Positions 26,834-40,400 of a stretch of DNA of 64,000 bases are shown here, one piece after another. A model generated the notes under the pieces. The model saw only the letters and a list, made by a program, of their open reading frames with translations. It was not told where the DNA came from and searched no databases. The DNA comes from Vicugna vicugna. Lineage: Eukaryota. The position numbers were made by a program, and so were the translations under genes. Position 1 is the stretch's first letter. Every line of letters begins with the position of its first letter. The stretch spans positions 124,001 through 188,000 of the forward strand of contig MU058748.1 of the NCBI GenBank assembly GCA_013265495.1. Direction: 5' to 3'.

Positions 26834-27789
26834 TATTTTTTTCCCATTCAAATTTAAATCTGTAAGTTTCCAAATTGGTCAGTTGCATTAGAATCCAATA
26901 CCATTGCTAATAAGATTTTAATTTATCTAAGAGTAATTAAAAGTTGTAATTGAGAAATAATAGCTTTAGGAGTTGTGTCGTTGCAACACTGAGTTTCTCC
27001 AGTGAGTAGATTTAAGAATGAAAGAAGTTAGAGAAGTGTATTTCTTACTCAGCTATAGAGCCAGTTCACGATAGAGCCCTTCTACATGGTAACTGATTGT
27101 AATAGACTGTAGAGTAAAATATCATTTGCAGTTATTTGAAATGCTCACTGATTAGGCAGTTAACAACATGCTACAGAGAATTCTTTCAGGAGATTAGAAG
27201 TGCTATGATCTCTTCCAAGAACAGGAAAGATTGATTTTTAATAGCTAATGACTTTTTGACATAATATGGTTAATTAATTGCATCCTAGTCTGAATTCCAT
27301 TTTCAAATGAATAAAATTCATTTATAAATAATACTATAACCCCTAGTTTTTATTTTACCATATGGCGGCGTATATGCCTTAGAAACTTGTCATTTTATCC
27401 ACAAAGAACCACCTTATAATCTAAGTACATATATCTCACCTGTTATTGATTTAGTTAAGGAGGTTCAGAGAATTCAAGTTAACATACTCAATATTACACA
27501 ACTACTAAACATTTTCATATTATACAAACTCTTTAGGAGTGGCTCATATACATCATATTCTGAACTCTTAAGTGACAAAAAAGCCAAGCTCCTTGACATT
27601 TACAATAAGAGGTTCTGAGTATAATAACAGCTCTTTTAAAGTATTTCACCCTGAGAAATTGTAAAACATACATATAATGAAATTATCTCTTTGGGTTTTA
27701 TATAAATACTGTTAAATGTCAAGGATATTTTAAGACCTACTGTAATTTTTTAAACATATAGCTCTATAAGATTTCTAATTACCGTAAGT

Positions 27790-29320
27790 GTATTTTTAAT
27801 TAATACTTTTTACTTTGAGTTAATTGCAAATTGACTTAAAGTTATAAAAAGTAATACAAAATATACTTTGTACACTTTGCCCAGTTTTTACCAATGATAG
27901 CACTTGCAAAACTGCCATATGATATCAGAGCCAGTATATTGACATTGACATAGTCAAGATATGTGACAATTCAATCACCACAAGGATGTTGCCCTTTTAT
28001 AATCATACCCACTTCCCTCCCACACAGCTTCAGCACATCCTCTGCTCCACTCCTGGAAACCCTTGATCTGTTCCATCTCTAGTGTTGTTTCCAGAATATT
28101 ATACAGGTGGAATTATACAGTAAAATTGGGATTGGGTTTTATTTTTTTTTCACTCAAAGTAATTTTCTGGAGACTGATCCAGGCTGTTATATGTACTGTC
28201 AAAAATAAATAAACCTGGACATTAGTTAAAGTGCTAAGGAAAGATTTGAATCAGTAATATACTCTTGCAATAGGAAATAGGATCCAAAGAGAACTGAACT
28301 TCTCTTTGTACAAAGATGACTGTGTGTTTCAAAGGGAGAATGAAGGAATCAGGTGGGGAGTGGGGTGAGTGGACATTGGTAGAGTCAGGGAAGTGAAAAA
28401 TTAGAAAAAGCTTCAAGGGGGAATTAGTCCATGTGAAGACGGTTGAGTTTACCAACTGGGGCTTAATGTAAGTTAGGCTCTGACCCTATCACAGAGGCTG
28501 GGAGACAGGGGTTCCATCTTCAGGTAAGAACAGGCTGGAATAAACATTGAACTCATTTGGTGGCCCTCAGGTTTCTCAGATAGGCATTTTAAGGGATCCT
28601 AGGGTCCATCCTAGGGATGTGGCCTTCAGCTGTTAGAAACTGTGTTAGTGTTTGTTCAAGTCTTTATAGGCCTCAGTTGAAGCATGGTCAAGAAGAGGAC
28701 TCAGAAGAGCCTGGCTAGAGTTTGCTCAAAGAGAGAATCTTTTTTATGATCAGTAGTTTATTCCTTTTTATTGTTGAGTAGTCCATGATATGGATTACCA
28801 CAGCTGTTGTAACCGTTCACCTGTCAAAGGCCATCTAGGTTACCAGCTTTGGAAACTAGTAATAAAAATATGGTGATCACCTGTGTGCAAGGTTTTGTGT
28901 GAATTTAAGTTTTCATTCAATGGAATAAAGCCCAGGAATACATTTGCTGGGTCGCATGTTTGCATGTTTAGTTTTATATGAAAATTGACAATTTTTTTTC
29001 CCAGAGTAGCTGTATAATTCAGCTTTCCACGTAACAATGTGTAAGTGATAGAGTTTCTCTGAATCCTCACCAGCATTTGGTGTTGTCACTATTTTTTCTT
29101 TAGTTTAACCATTCTGGTGTATGCATAGTGATATCTCATTATAGATTCAATTCTCATTTACCTGGTGGCTAACAATGTTGACAACTTTCCATGTGCTTAT
29201 CTGCCATCTGTATATCCTCTGTTATGAAATGTCTACTCATGTTTTGGGCTCATTTTTAAATTGCATTGTTTGATTCTTGCTGTTGAGTTTTGAGAGTTCT
29301 TTATATATTCTGGATATAAT
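27790..29320 (-). mobile_element. Old L1 (L1MC/L1MD-like) interrupted by an LTR
   Basis: L1 3' end motifs; ATCCTCACCAGCATTTGGTGTTGTC...CCATTCTG. Sequence resumes after 28746. Confidence 0.85.
28197..28746 (-). mobile_element. ERV1 solo LTR (MER67-like) nested in L1
   Basis: Reverse complement reads AAAGATTCTCTC...CAAACTCTAGCCAGGCTCTTCTGAG...GGCCTATAAAGACTTGAACAAACACTAAC. Confidence 0.8.
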
Positions 29321-30549
29321 ACAAGAGGTTTTCATAGGTCTTCAAAGATTTAGTAAGTTTATTATTTATTTAAATGCTAATAGGTGAGAACAGGGTTTTG
29401 TGAGTAAATAAATTCCACAAATAAATCTTTATCAATTTGATATAGATTGCCATAAACATGAAAATTAGTAAAATGTCATTATCACAGTTGTATAATGATC
29501 ATTTCTGTTTTGTTTACTTAGGCGTTTTTGGTCTATTCATTTCTTTTACCATTCTATTATCCAGTTATTAAAATTTATCTGTGTGGATATAATTTTAATA
29601 AGATGTAGAAGAATGAACCATGGCTGAAAGTGAAAACTGGTGGCCCAAATCTTGACTTTGGAGTACAGTGTTCTCAAGTTCTTCAGCTACCTAAATGAGA
29701 ATTGCAGAATTTTCCAGTTAAATACACTAAAAAGCATTTTGAATTTTAAGATGAAAGAAACTACTAGGGCTCAAATGCTCAAAATATTTAATATTTTGTT
29801 AATTTATATCCCACTGTCTTCTGGAGGTAAAACAAACAAACAATAGCAACAGGATTGATGTTTACATATTCTCAAGTAAAATGTTAACTTGAAATAGCTT
29901 GCTGGTAGTTGACTATTAAAGTTGACTTTCCAATATTTGTGAATTTTTCACCTCTTTCTTACCTCTAAAATCATGTTAAACTCACTTTATTCAGTTGATT
30001 TTATTTATATTCTTTGTATCTTTCAAATATTCTTAGTAGTTCTTTAACTAGTTAATTTAGCTTTATTTCGCTAATATTTCTTTAGAAGTTTAATTTGCCT
30101 TCACAAGATTTGTACTTCTGTATTCATTGAGTGACAATTAAGTTTTTAGTGTCATTTTAAACTTGAGTATTTATAGTTGGTAGCAATCTACATAAAGCCT
30201 TCATTAGCTAATATAAAATTGCAGGTAAGCAGTTATTGAAACACACAGTCTATGTGATCAAATTCACACATACACACAAATTCTGTCATTATTCCTCAGA
30301 ATGGATGATCTAGCTGATTATACTAAATTTTGGCTTAACTTGCAGTCACAAAGTACTAAATATCAAATATTATGAATCCCTAGACATCTAGTCAAATACT
30401 CCTATAAAAGAACTTATTACCTCTGATCCTTCTTCTCGCCAGTAGACTAAAATTTATAGAGGAGTTGAGTGGTAAAAAGTTAAAGACTGTATGATTTGCA
30501 GACGCTGTGAAGCTAGTAGGAGAAAAAAACTTTTAACCTTCTTTCACAG

Positions 30550-30651
30550 CATTCTAGGGACGATAAGGAGATGTTGCTATGTAAAAAGGCAGTGGCCTGA
30601 GTTGAATTCCTTATCTTTCAATCTGAAATTGTGTCCTTTATTTCTTGATTG
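30550..30651 (+). CDS. Candidate 102-nt symmetric (phase 2-2) cassette exon
   Basis: TTTTAAC branch-like motif + CCTTCTTTCACAG acceptor, TTG|GTGAGT donor. Only one frame is open (ILGTIRRCCYVKRQWPELNSLSFNLKLCPLFLD). Confidence 0.3.
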
Positions 30652-31040
30652 GTGAGTAGTTAATGAAGTATGCATAATGTAAGGCCTTCGGAAGCCAATC
30701 AGTATGGACAGATTATAACTATCCAGGTAAATGAGATCAAAAAGTGTACTTTACATGGACATAAAGATGTGTGGAGCTTGAAATTTGAATTAGTTGCTCA
30801 GCATTTTAGAAATATGAATTTTGATGATGCAAGGAAATAAGGAATATAGGTATATTTTTAAAAGATCTTTTTTTGAAAGCTATATAAATGCTTATAAGGA
30901 ATAATAATTACAAACTATGGGACATAATCAATTGTCTGTATTAAATACGACATCAGTAAACACATTATGATGTTGATATGCACATGTGAAATTCCTTGAT
31001 TTACATGACAGCTGTTTTGTTGTTTGTTTTTTTTTTAAAG

Positions 31041-31813
31041 TAGCAGTTCTCAAATTTTTTAATCTCAGGACCTCTTTGTCGTGCCTGAAAGTTATTAGAC
31101 CCTCATGGAACCTTTGTTTATGTGGACTATATATATTAATACTAACCAGATTTAAATTTTTAATTGTGAAATTTTACCATACATATTTATTTAATTTAAA
31201 TAAAATAATTCTAAAAACCTATTACTTATTAACATAAATAAAATACTTTGATGAAAAAATGATTATTTTTCAAACAGCAGAAGACAGCCAAATTCTATCT
31301 GCTTCTGCATTCAATCTTTTGCAATATGTTCATTTTCTTGAAATATGTGAAATAAATTTAGCTTCCCATAAATCTGTAGCTGGAAAAGAAAGGGATATTT
31401 AGTAGCATTTTCAGGTAACAGAGAATATCATTTTTGGATACTACACCAAAACTCATCATCTTTTAAAGATAATTGCAATGGGGAATCTGAAACCATATAA
31501 AACAACATTTTGTATAATGTTTTGTTGAAATGCACTTGTCAATCTTCTAATTTGAATGGATTTTGTAACATCATGTGCTGATCATTTGGAAAATATTAGT
31601 CACTGAATTATTTCATATGTTGAAATGTTATAATACAAAATCATCTCATGTTATGGATCCTCAGGAAGTTGTCACTATATACCCTTGAACAAATGGGAGT
31701 GGGAAAAGTAAATATCATTTATTAATATTATGAAATTATTTTGCCTTTAGTGGACTCTTAAAAGGATGACAAGAAATCCAAGTGGTCTTTAGAATACCTT
31801 TTGGGAACAATTG
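31041..31813. mobile_element. Charlie1-family hAT DNA transposon (internally deleted)
   Basis: TIR-like ends TAGCAGTTCTCAAA / TTTGGGAACAATTG; TCTCAGGACC...TTTGTTTATGTGG Charlie1 motif. Confidence 0.8.
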
Positions 31814-34067
31814 GCTTACAGGAAATAAGAAAATATTTTGCATTTGTGATGAAACTAAATATTTCAATGATTTGTCATACTTTTATTTTTTTTTAAGTGG
31901 AGTTAGGGGTAGAAAATGAGGACCAAGCTGCAAAAGATAGATATTCAGTGGGATTCCTTACACGCGTAGTTTTCTCAAAAATAATTGTCTTGAGTTAAGA
32001 TAGAGTTTATAAAAGTTTCTAAATATCTTTTCTGCTTGAACAAATATGAAAAGCATACTGCTATAGACAGAGTGAATGTTAAAAAAACAGCAAGATTTAT
32101 AGCTACTATTCTTCATGTATCTATATGTTTTAAAATATTGTTCTAATAAAAGCATTCAGTAATATAGAATTATTCCATTAAATCCCATCAGATGCAAAGA
32201 TCCAATATTAAACCACTTATTTACCATTTTCAACTTTATTCTTCTGTTTTATAAACTGGGATGTGTGTGTTTATTCCCAAGTACTCCTGATATTTGTTTA
32301 TTTTATTTTTTATTATACTTAAAGTGATATAATATTCTAACCATGAGTTTTAATTGAAGTCAAAGTTGTATAAGCAAAAGTAGGGCATGAGAAATACTAG
32401 AGGACAATAGGTGGATTGATGACCAAGACTGAATTTCAAGCAGAGGAGAGTAAGTCTAGCTTCTGTTACCAGAATGGAGTACAAGGATGGAGTTTTGATG
32501 TCAACAACAAGACAGAGGCACAATCTATATATTTAGGTAACTGAGTCAGAGACTACCTACAGCAAACATTAACCGTTTCTTGTATTTTTATTTACTTAGT
32601 TTGTTTCTCACAACATTTTTATGGGGATGGACTGTTGGCTCTTCTAAGTTTCCACAATGAACACTATCAATCATATTGTCTTGAAATCTGCTCAGCTATT
32701 AAATTTTACTCCTTGTTACTCTTTGTTGGTGACTATTTAATCAATCAATTAATCACCAAACGTATTAGGTAGCATATATGTGTAAGATATTGTTCCAAAT
32801 GAAGCCAGAGTACACACTTGCACTTGGTAATAGGCTGTTGTGAAAGGAGTTCAAGATTTAGGAAAATCTTCTAAGATTTATTTCTCCCTTAATTGCTCTC
32901 TTATTTCCAGAAGTTAACAAATTGCCATTGTCATTTTGGTTTCCTGTAGAGAAGGCAGAAATTTTGTTTAATTGCTTCTCACTCTGTTCTTTCTGCTTTG
33001 GGAAAGCAAGTGACTGAGGATGATAAAACATTGAACCAAAAGTCTGAAGAACTAGGATATCCTAATTCTTCCAGTGGGTTGGCCTGGACCCCTGTGGTTA
33101 GAAGACAATCTTTAAATTTGATATGCTTCACTCTTCTAACTACCAATTATATTTATAAAAGGTGTCAGGGTTCTTGAAATAAAAGATTCTCTGTGGTAAT
33201 TGAGCAAGGATAAACTAGTGATTTTTCAGCTCCATCAGTTCTTTGGAAGAATTTTCAGATATTTGCTAGGGAAAGGTAGATGATCCTCTAAAGATCACAG
33301 TGGATGTACTTAGGTCAAAATGCATTAATTGTCTGTGGAAGGGGAAAATCACTAGTTTATCCTTGGAAGGAGAATTAAATAGCTTGGGGTCTGAATTGAA
33401 GGAAAATTTATTTTCTAATATTCTAAATAAATACATTTAAAAGCTATACGATCAGAACAAATAAGCAAATGCCCCAAACTTAGACTAATCTGAAACTAGC
33501 TCATCAAGTCTTTTACTAAGAAGCTAGACTTTTAAAAATAGGAGTGACAGTTACTGAAGTATTTACAGTTTAGATTTTTTAAAAAAAAATTAAAGAGATA
33601 AAAACATTTAACTACCGATTTGAAACAATTTCTTTTCCAGCATTTTTTTTATCAACTCCATACTTCCACATTTCATATTTCTTCAATCCCTTTATAAATT
33701 TACCTGAATTATAAACGTGTAAACATTGTGACTCAAAGAAGCTGAATTTGGGGGGAAAAATTACCAATGATTTAGTTTTGATGTCAGGAGTATGTTATCT
33801 GAAATTAACACATGATTCCACTATATGAAGAAAATATTTGGCTTTTTCTCTACCAAATTTTCAAAAATAGAGTTATTTAAACACAATATATAAACACAAA
33901 TGACAGTGCTATAATTTACTATCAGAGAAAAATCAAATATATTATCTATTTGCCTTAAAATTCTATTTTTTTAGAGTAAAGAGCTTTAGGTCAGTAGGAC
34001 CTTTAAATACATATCTAGTAGATCATAATACAATAAAGTGTCTGATATTAAAATATTATATATCATG

Positions 34068-34273
34068 GGAAGCAGTAAGTCATGGTGGGAAGGTAGTAGC
34101 AAAAAGTTGTCATTCAGGAGTTGGGAGACTCAAGGTCCAATCCTGTCATCACTGTTGAACTGCAAGGCCATCTGTCAATTTCCTTGTCTCTCTAGGTAGC
34201 TACTCCTCATCTGTAAATGATTAGATTATCTCCAAGATTTCTTCCAGGTGGGAGTGTCAGTTGTTCTATGATT
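34068..34273 (+). mobile_element. MIR3-like SINE
   Basis: CTCATCTGTAAATG...ATCTCCAAG...TTCCAG...TTCTATGATT. Confidence 0.65.
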
Positions 34274-34830
34274 TGTGACTCAGAGGAACAATTGTTTCTC
34301 ATGAACCATAAATAATGCTTCGTTGCTGCCTTATGGCTTACAAACTTAGAGCCTAATTTTCTACAAGCTTAAAATTAAGTGTACATTGCTGCCAAAGTCC
34401 TTATCAAATCAAATGTGGAGAAACAGAAATCATGATAGACTAAAGAAAAGTTTATATACTCCATCTTATACTAATTTTGATGATAGTTCCATAAGGCAAA
34501 TATCTGTATTAACTGTTCCCAGTTGGTGTAATTATTTTAATGGGATAGCCATATAAATCATATTTACATTTCTAAATGGTGGGTTCTCCTTTGACTGAAG
34601 AGCAGAGTATATGTGAGCTAGAATTTTATTAGCTACTGTAACCTTGAAGTCTTTTTTGAGTTATGCTCTTGATATTCCTCTAAAGTGATGATATTGTAAA
34701 TCTGAGAGCCTCATTTGGCTTCCAGATCTGCTTGTTGTTTTGGGATTTGTTTTGATATTTTGGTTTAGTTTTTAGGGTCTGCTCACCGAAAGCTTAATTA
34801 TTTTTAACGTGGAAGCATGTGCTCTTACAG

Positions 34831-34936
34831 TCGATCATCTTCTTCACCCTTTGATACCATGTTGCATCAGGAAGTTGCACGCATCTACAATTGCATGGAT
34901 CCTGAAAGCATTTGGGTTTCAGATATTGATGCTTGA
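34831..34936 (+). CDS. Candidate terminal coding exon (RSSSSPFDTMLHQEVARIYNCMDPESIWVSDIDA*)
   Basis: TTTTAAC branch-like motif at about 34802-34808, GCTCTTACAG acceptor, CpGs retained in Arg codons, TGA at 34934-34936. Followed by U-rich 3'UTR-like sequence and AATAAA near 35387. Confidence 0.45.
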
Positions 34937-36035
34937 TTTTATTTCTAAATCAAGCCTGACTTTTAAATGTGTGCTTTGACAGAGTGCCTTTACTTCCCTC
35001 TCCTCACCTTGCTCTAGTTTCTTAATCCGATTTTCTCTGTCACTTGCTTGCATCAATATTACTCACATTGTATAGTAGTATTTAAATATATAGACTAGAA
35101 GTAGGAGTAGTATGTTAAATGTATTTTTGTGTTTTATGTATGTTAAGCCTTTATCTTATGGACTATAAATGTTATTTTTGCTTTGCTTTGTTTATTTGGA
35201 CCTCACATATAAAATTGTGGTTTCAAATTACATAAGATAATTTGATATGCACTTTTGCTTAATAGCTTTGTTCCTGACCTTGCTTTAAAATTTTACTTCT
35301 TGTTTATCTGGCTTCTTTATTATTATTATAAACTTTTATTTTATTATACTGCGCACAGTATAATGAGTTGTCTAATACCCTTTTGGAATAAATGAAAGAA
35401 TTAAGTAAAAAGAACTTTTGAATTAAAACCAAATAATACAGTTTCCCCAACCATTTTAGAAAGCCCATGGCTTTGGAAATGTTCATGTCAACTCATAAAG
35501 TCTGGTTATGTACAGAGAAATGACATAGAAAAGGAGTTCAAAGTTATGAACATGACTCCTCTTATCTGCAGGATTGTACATTCTAATTCTAATTGAAGGC
35601 CAGATAAAACTTCGAGTTAAATAAGCTGACATGATCTGACTTCACTTAGAAATACCTCATCTGAGTAGTTTTTGGCTTGAATTTTACTGCTTATCCAAAA
35701 ATGTGACAGTGCTTCCCAAAGTTACAGAAGTGAAATTGGCTGTAATTTCAACTGACAGTCACATAAGATCCTTGTGTTAGTTTTGTAGTTGGAAAGAAAT
35801 AATTAATGGTAGGATATGTGAAGGATTGAAAAAAAAAAATCTCTGCCTATGCTAACTTCATTGAACCAAACAGTATTACAGTCCTTACATACTAAACCAT
35901 CCATTTGTATAATTTTCTAAATCATATCTACTATGGGGGGAGCCATTACATGTAAATAATTAGCCCACTTAAATCATGCCCTCTCCCACTAAGTCATAAT
36001 AACATCTACTATTCTAAAAATTTATAAAAATAAAG

Positions 36036-36587
36036 TGAAGTATAGTCAGTTACAATGTGTCAATTTCTGGTGTACATCATAATGTCCCAGTCATACATAT
36101 ATGTACATATATTTGTTTTCATATTTTTTCATTAAAGGTTATTACAAGATATTAAATATAGTTCCCTGTGCTATACAGAAGAAATTTGTTTTTTCTAATC
36201 TATTTTTATATATAGTGGCTAACATTTGCAAATCTCAAACTCCCGAATTTATCCCTTCCCACCCCCTTTCCCTCAGTAACCATAAGATTGTTTACTATGT
36301 CTGCAGCTCTATTTCTGTTTTATAGATGAGTGCATTAGTGTCCTCTTTTATTTTTTAAGACTCCACATATGAGTGATATCATATGGTGTTTTTCTTTCTC
36401 TTTCTGTCTTACTTCGCTTAGAATGACGATCTCTAGATCCATTCTGTTGCTGCAAATGACATTCTTTTATTCTTTTATATGGCTGAGTAGTATTCCATTG
36501 TATAAATATACAACTTCTTTATCCAGTCATCTGTCAATGGACATTTAGGATGCTTCCATGTCTTGGCTATTTTATATAATGCTGCTA
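36036..36587 (-). mobile_element. L1 3' fragment lacking a poly(T) tail
   Basis: Same family as 5394-7139. Flanked by TAAAAATAAA at 36025-36034 and 36586-36595. Confidence 0.92.
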
Positions 36588-37731
36588 AAAATAAAATCTT
36601 AAAGAATAAACTTCCATAATGATCTGCTAAACTGAGTAAGGGTATATTTGTTCTGTTTGATTATCAAAATCATTCAAATTACAAATATCCGATCTTGTAC
36701 CTCAGTTTATATACAGTGTATGTGTCATTTAGGATATTTTTAATTTAAAAAAATGGCACAATGGTCACACTGTTCTTTTTTAAATATCCAGAAGAATTTT
36801 AATTTGGATACTTTAACTTGATCATGATTAAGAGAGATACATCAGCTAGTGGTCATGTCTGAAACTGAAATATTCTATATGAGTAGTCATTGCCTTTTCT
36901 GTGACTAGGTTTTAGTACTTAAGCATTTGTTGACCTTGAGTTATTAAAATATCTAGTTGTTTTATAAATAATCTAAATACATAAAAACCAAAGGCCACTG
37001 TCTTGATCAGTTTTCTGAGTTGTAATATATGATAGTATTCATGTTTAAATGGAAAACTCAAATTACTTGATTTTCTTTATTCTTTAAAAAAATTTTTTTG
37101 CATTTGTTTCTAGTTATATTGTCATATTTGAGGTGGAATATCTAAGTCAATTGTTTCTAGAGATGTTTGGAATTAGCTTATGTGTATGTGTGTGTGTGTG
37201 TGCATCCTTGTACAGGGATGTGCAAGATAGCTGAATACCTCTCGAGAAATGTTATTCATTCTAACATTAAAAAGGTGGTCATGTGTTTTATTATTTCAGT
37301 TAAAATGACAATTTTTGAGTTTTTTTGTGGGCACAGGGTAAATGCTTTACATTCACTTTTCTTTTTTATTTAATCTTCACTATAACCTATTGATTGGGAT
37401 TATTTTGTAGAATATTTTATAGCTTTGATTCTATGCATCCTCAAGATAACGTTCATATTATATGTTAAAATACATAGATTCTGTGGTTAACAATTTAAAA
37501 TTCATGTTTTTAAAAAGTAGTATGTACACATATTCATTTAATTCAATGAATATTCCTTGTCTTTTATGCACTATGTTACTGTGCTATGTGTTGCTCTTTA
37601 AAACCTCTGAACACTCAGTGAAACAGCTTTCAGAAAACAGTAGCAATTATTATTTTTCCCAGAATGGTGCCTGTCTTACATGGCAGTTGTAAGATTTCAG
37701 AGGAAATGAATAATTTATTAAAAGGCATATT

Positions 37732-37914
37732 AAAACAGGATTATACTGTATAGCACAGGGAAATACATACAAGATCTTGTGGTAGCTCACAGCAAAAAAA
37801 ATGTGACAATGAATATATACATGTTCATGTATAACTGAAAAATTGTGCTCTACACTGAAACTTGACACAACATTGTAAAATGACTATAACTCAATAAAAA
37901 ATGTTAAAAAAAAA
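37732..37914 (+). mobile_element. Short young L1 3' end
   Basis: Reverse complement of the 185/18947 family; AATAAAAAATGTT followed by an A tail. Confidence 0.92.
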
Positions 37915-38393
37915 GAGGGAAAGTTAAAAGAATCAGATAAAAAAAAAAAGTTGCTCATGATTCCATTGCCACCTCATGGAGGTAAATAACCCCAAAACAA
38001 TGCATGTGAAAGATTAGTTGACATTAAAAATAATGATCAGAAGATGTGTAAAGTAAAAAGTAATATATAAAGTGAAGTTTCCCTCTCCTTTCCTATTACA
38101 TGTATGAGGATTTTTATGCATATTCTCATACATGTATACAATAAATGGAATCATAATAAATGGAATCTTGATAAAAAAAGACATATTAAAAACATAAAGC
38201 TCTATATAAATCATCAAGTGGTATTAAATTTTTTGTTTGTGTTTGTTTTCACTAGCTGAAGAAAGCTTTTGCTCATTACAGTTAAAGAAATAAATTGGAA
38301 TAGAGAAAATTAAGAAAATAAATTACTAATTCCTAGTCAATATTCTCATGCAAATGAGCTTTTAAATACCCTCTCCCCTTATATGACTAATCA

Positions 38394-38827
38394 TTTCATT
38401 TGTTTCTTAGGGCATCTATAACAGAGTAACACAATATGAGTTGCTTAAAATAACATAAATTTATTCTCTCATTGTTTAGAAAGCTAGAAGTCTGAAATCA
38501 AGGTGTTGGCAAGGCCATGCTCCCTCTAAAGCCTCTAGGGGGGATGCTTCCTTTTATCTCTTCCAGTTTTGTGTAGCCCCAGCTATTCCTCGGCTTGTAG
38601 ATGTGTAACTCCAATTCCTACTTCTGGTGCCACTGGCAGTCTTTTCCTTGTCTTTGTCTTCTCTTCTTATAAGGAAACAAGTCATATTTGATTAGGACCT
38701 ACTCTAATGACCTCATCATAAATTGATTCCATCTGCAAAGACCTATTTTAAAATAAAGTCACATTGACAAGTATTAAGGATTAGTACTTCAATGTGTCTT
38801 GTGGGGGATACAATTCAACCCTTAAGA
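38394..38827 (-). mobile_element. MaLR solo LTR (MLT1A-C-like)
   Basis: AAATTTATTCTCTCA...GCTAGAAGTCTGAAATCAAGGTGTTGGCA...CATCTGCAAAGACC...ACAATTCAACCC. Confidence 0.9.
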
Positions 38828-39102
38828 AGGACCCATTCATTCATTTTGATCATAATATCAACCTCACTTTGAAGTACTTTGAGGCATTTTCTCATGTAGA
38901 GTCAAATGATCAATACATACTTGTTGAATATTTAAAAAAAACCATAGAAGCAATCATAGATACAGAATTCTGAATTTATATACATGCAAAGATTTCACCT
39001 CTTGTACAGGTGATTAATAACTCACACTGGTTGTCCAAAACTTCAGAGGATTGAGGCAGTGCAGACACAGCATCTCTGACCATGATTCCATAGGAATCAT
39101 CT

Positions 39103-39272
39103 GAGGTTCCCTATCCAAAGTGGGACCAATGGGCCAGCAGCATTTACACCACCTGGAAACTTATTAGAAATGAAAAACTCTAGGTCCCTGCTCCAGTCCT
39201 ACTGTATTAGTGTCTTCATTTTAAAAAGATTCCCAGGAAATGCATACTCGTATCTAATACAGAGAAGCATTT
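39103..39272. mobile_element. MER5A-like hAT-Charlie MITE
   Basis: CCAGCAGCAT...CACCTGGAAACTTATTAGAAATG...CATTTTAAAAAGATTCCCAGG. Confidence 0.8.
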
Positions 39273-40400
39273 CTTTAGAGAATTATTTTGTCTTTTTTTA
39301 ATAAAAGGTTATAAAAAATTCTTGTCTTCTGATAATCGGTTTTGCCCACTGCCTTCTATAAAAGTTATAATTGACTAATCAATTTAAATATTAAAATATA
39401 GAGATAATTATATTGTTTTGCATAATGGCTTCAATAGCTTAATTATCTCTCATATTCTGATCTTCTGTTGAACCTACTTTGGTGAAATTTATTCTAAAGC
39501 AATTGGTGTAACTGTAGGAAATTTTGAAACATTATACATCCTTGGACAAGTATTGTCTTCTCCAGTCATTTACAAAAATTTTGTTCTTCTATTGTTCTTA
39601 TTTGATTTATTAACCTATATTCAATTTTAAGAGACTATTCTCATAATTATTAACAATTGCTTTTATGACTATTACACTATGACTCTTAGTGGCTAACATT
39701 TGTAATTGGTATTATATTTTCTACCACCTTTTCTCATCTAATGGAGCACAAATGTTTTCATCATTTGCAAAAAATGTATGCCTTTTATTTTCACACAATG
39801 AAAATCACACAGTCATTTCAACATATTATATAGATTTTTAAAACCTCTTTCATATTTACTTAGTCTAAGGTACAAGATTACTGAAATATTTTATTCTGAA
39901 ACTACCACTAAACAAATAAATGTAATTTTATTAATTTGAACTATTCATTTTCATATGGTACAAAAAGAAACTTGGAGGGTGTATATTTTAACTTACTACT
40001 TTAAAACATTACAAATTAAACCCAAGTACAAACTATATTTTCGCATGGAATATTTTTGGGCTACTTGCCTTGAAATCCTAGGGAATGCATTTTAATTGGA
40101 TGATCTTTCATCTGTTTTATTTGAACCCAGGTTTGACTTGAACAATTAAACTGAAAAAAGAATATAGTATAAAGAAATGTAAACAAAATGATTAAGAATT
40201 TTTTTGAGAGTGAAAATTGATAAACCTGAGATAATAAGACATGATGAAAGATGCAATATTATTTATATATATGGATAGAGACTAAACAAAGAAGACAGTT
40301 TAAATTTTCCTTTTATGATTTTTCAGGATGGATAGCATTTTTTTCTTGTGTTCAAATGTATGTTTTTTTCTCCAGTTCTTTGGAAAAATCTTGTCAGATT

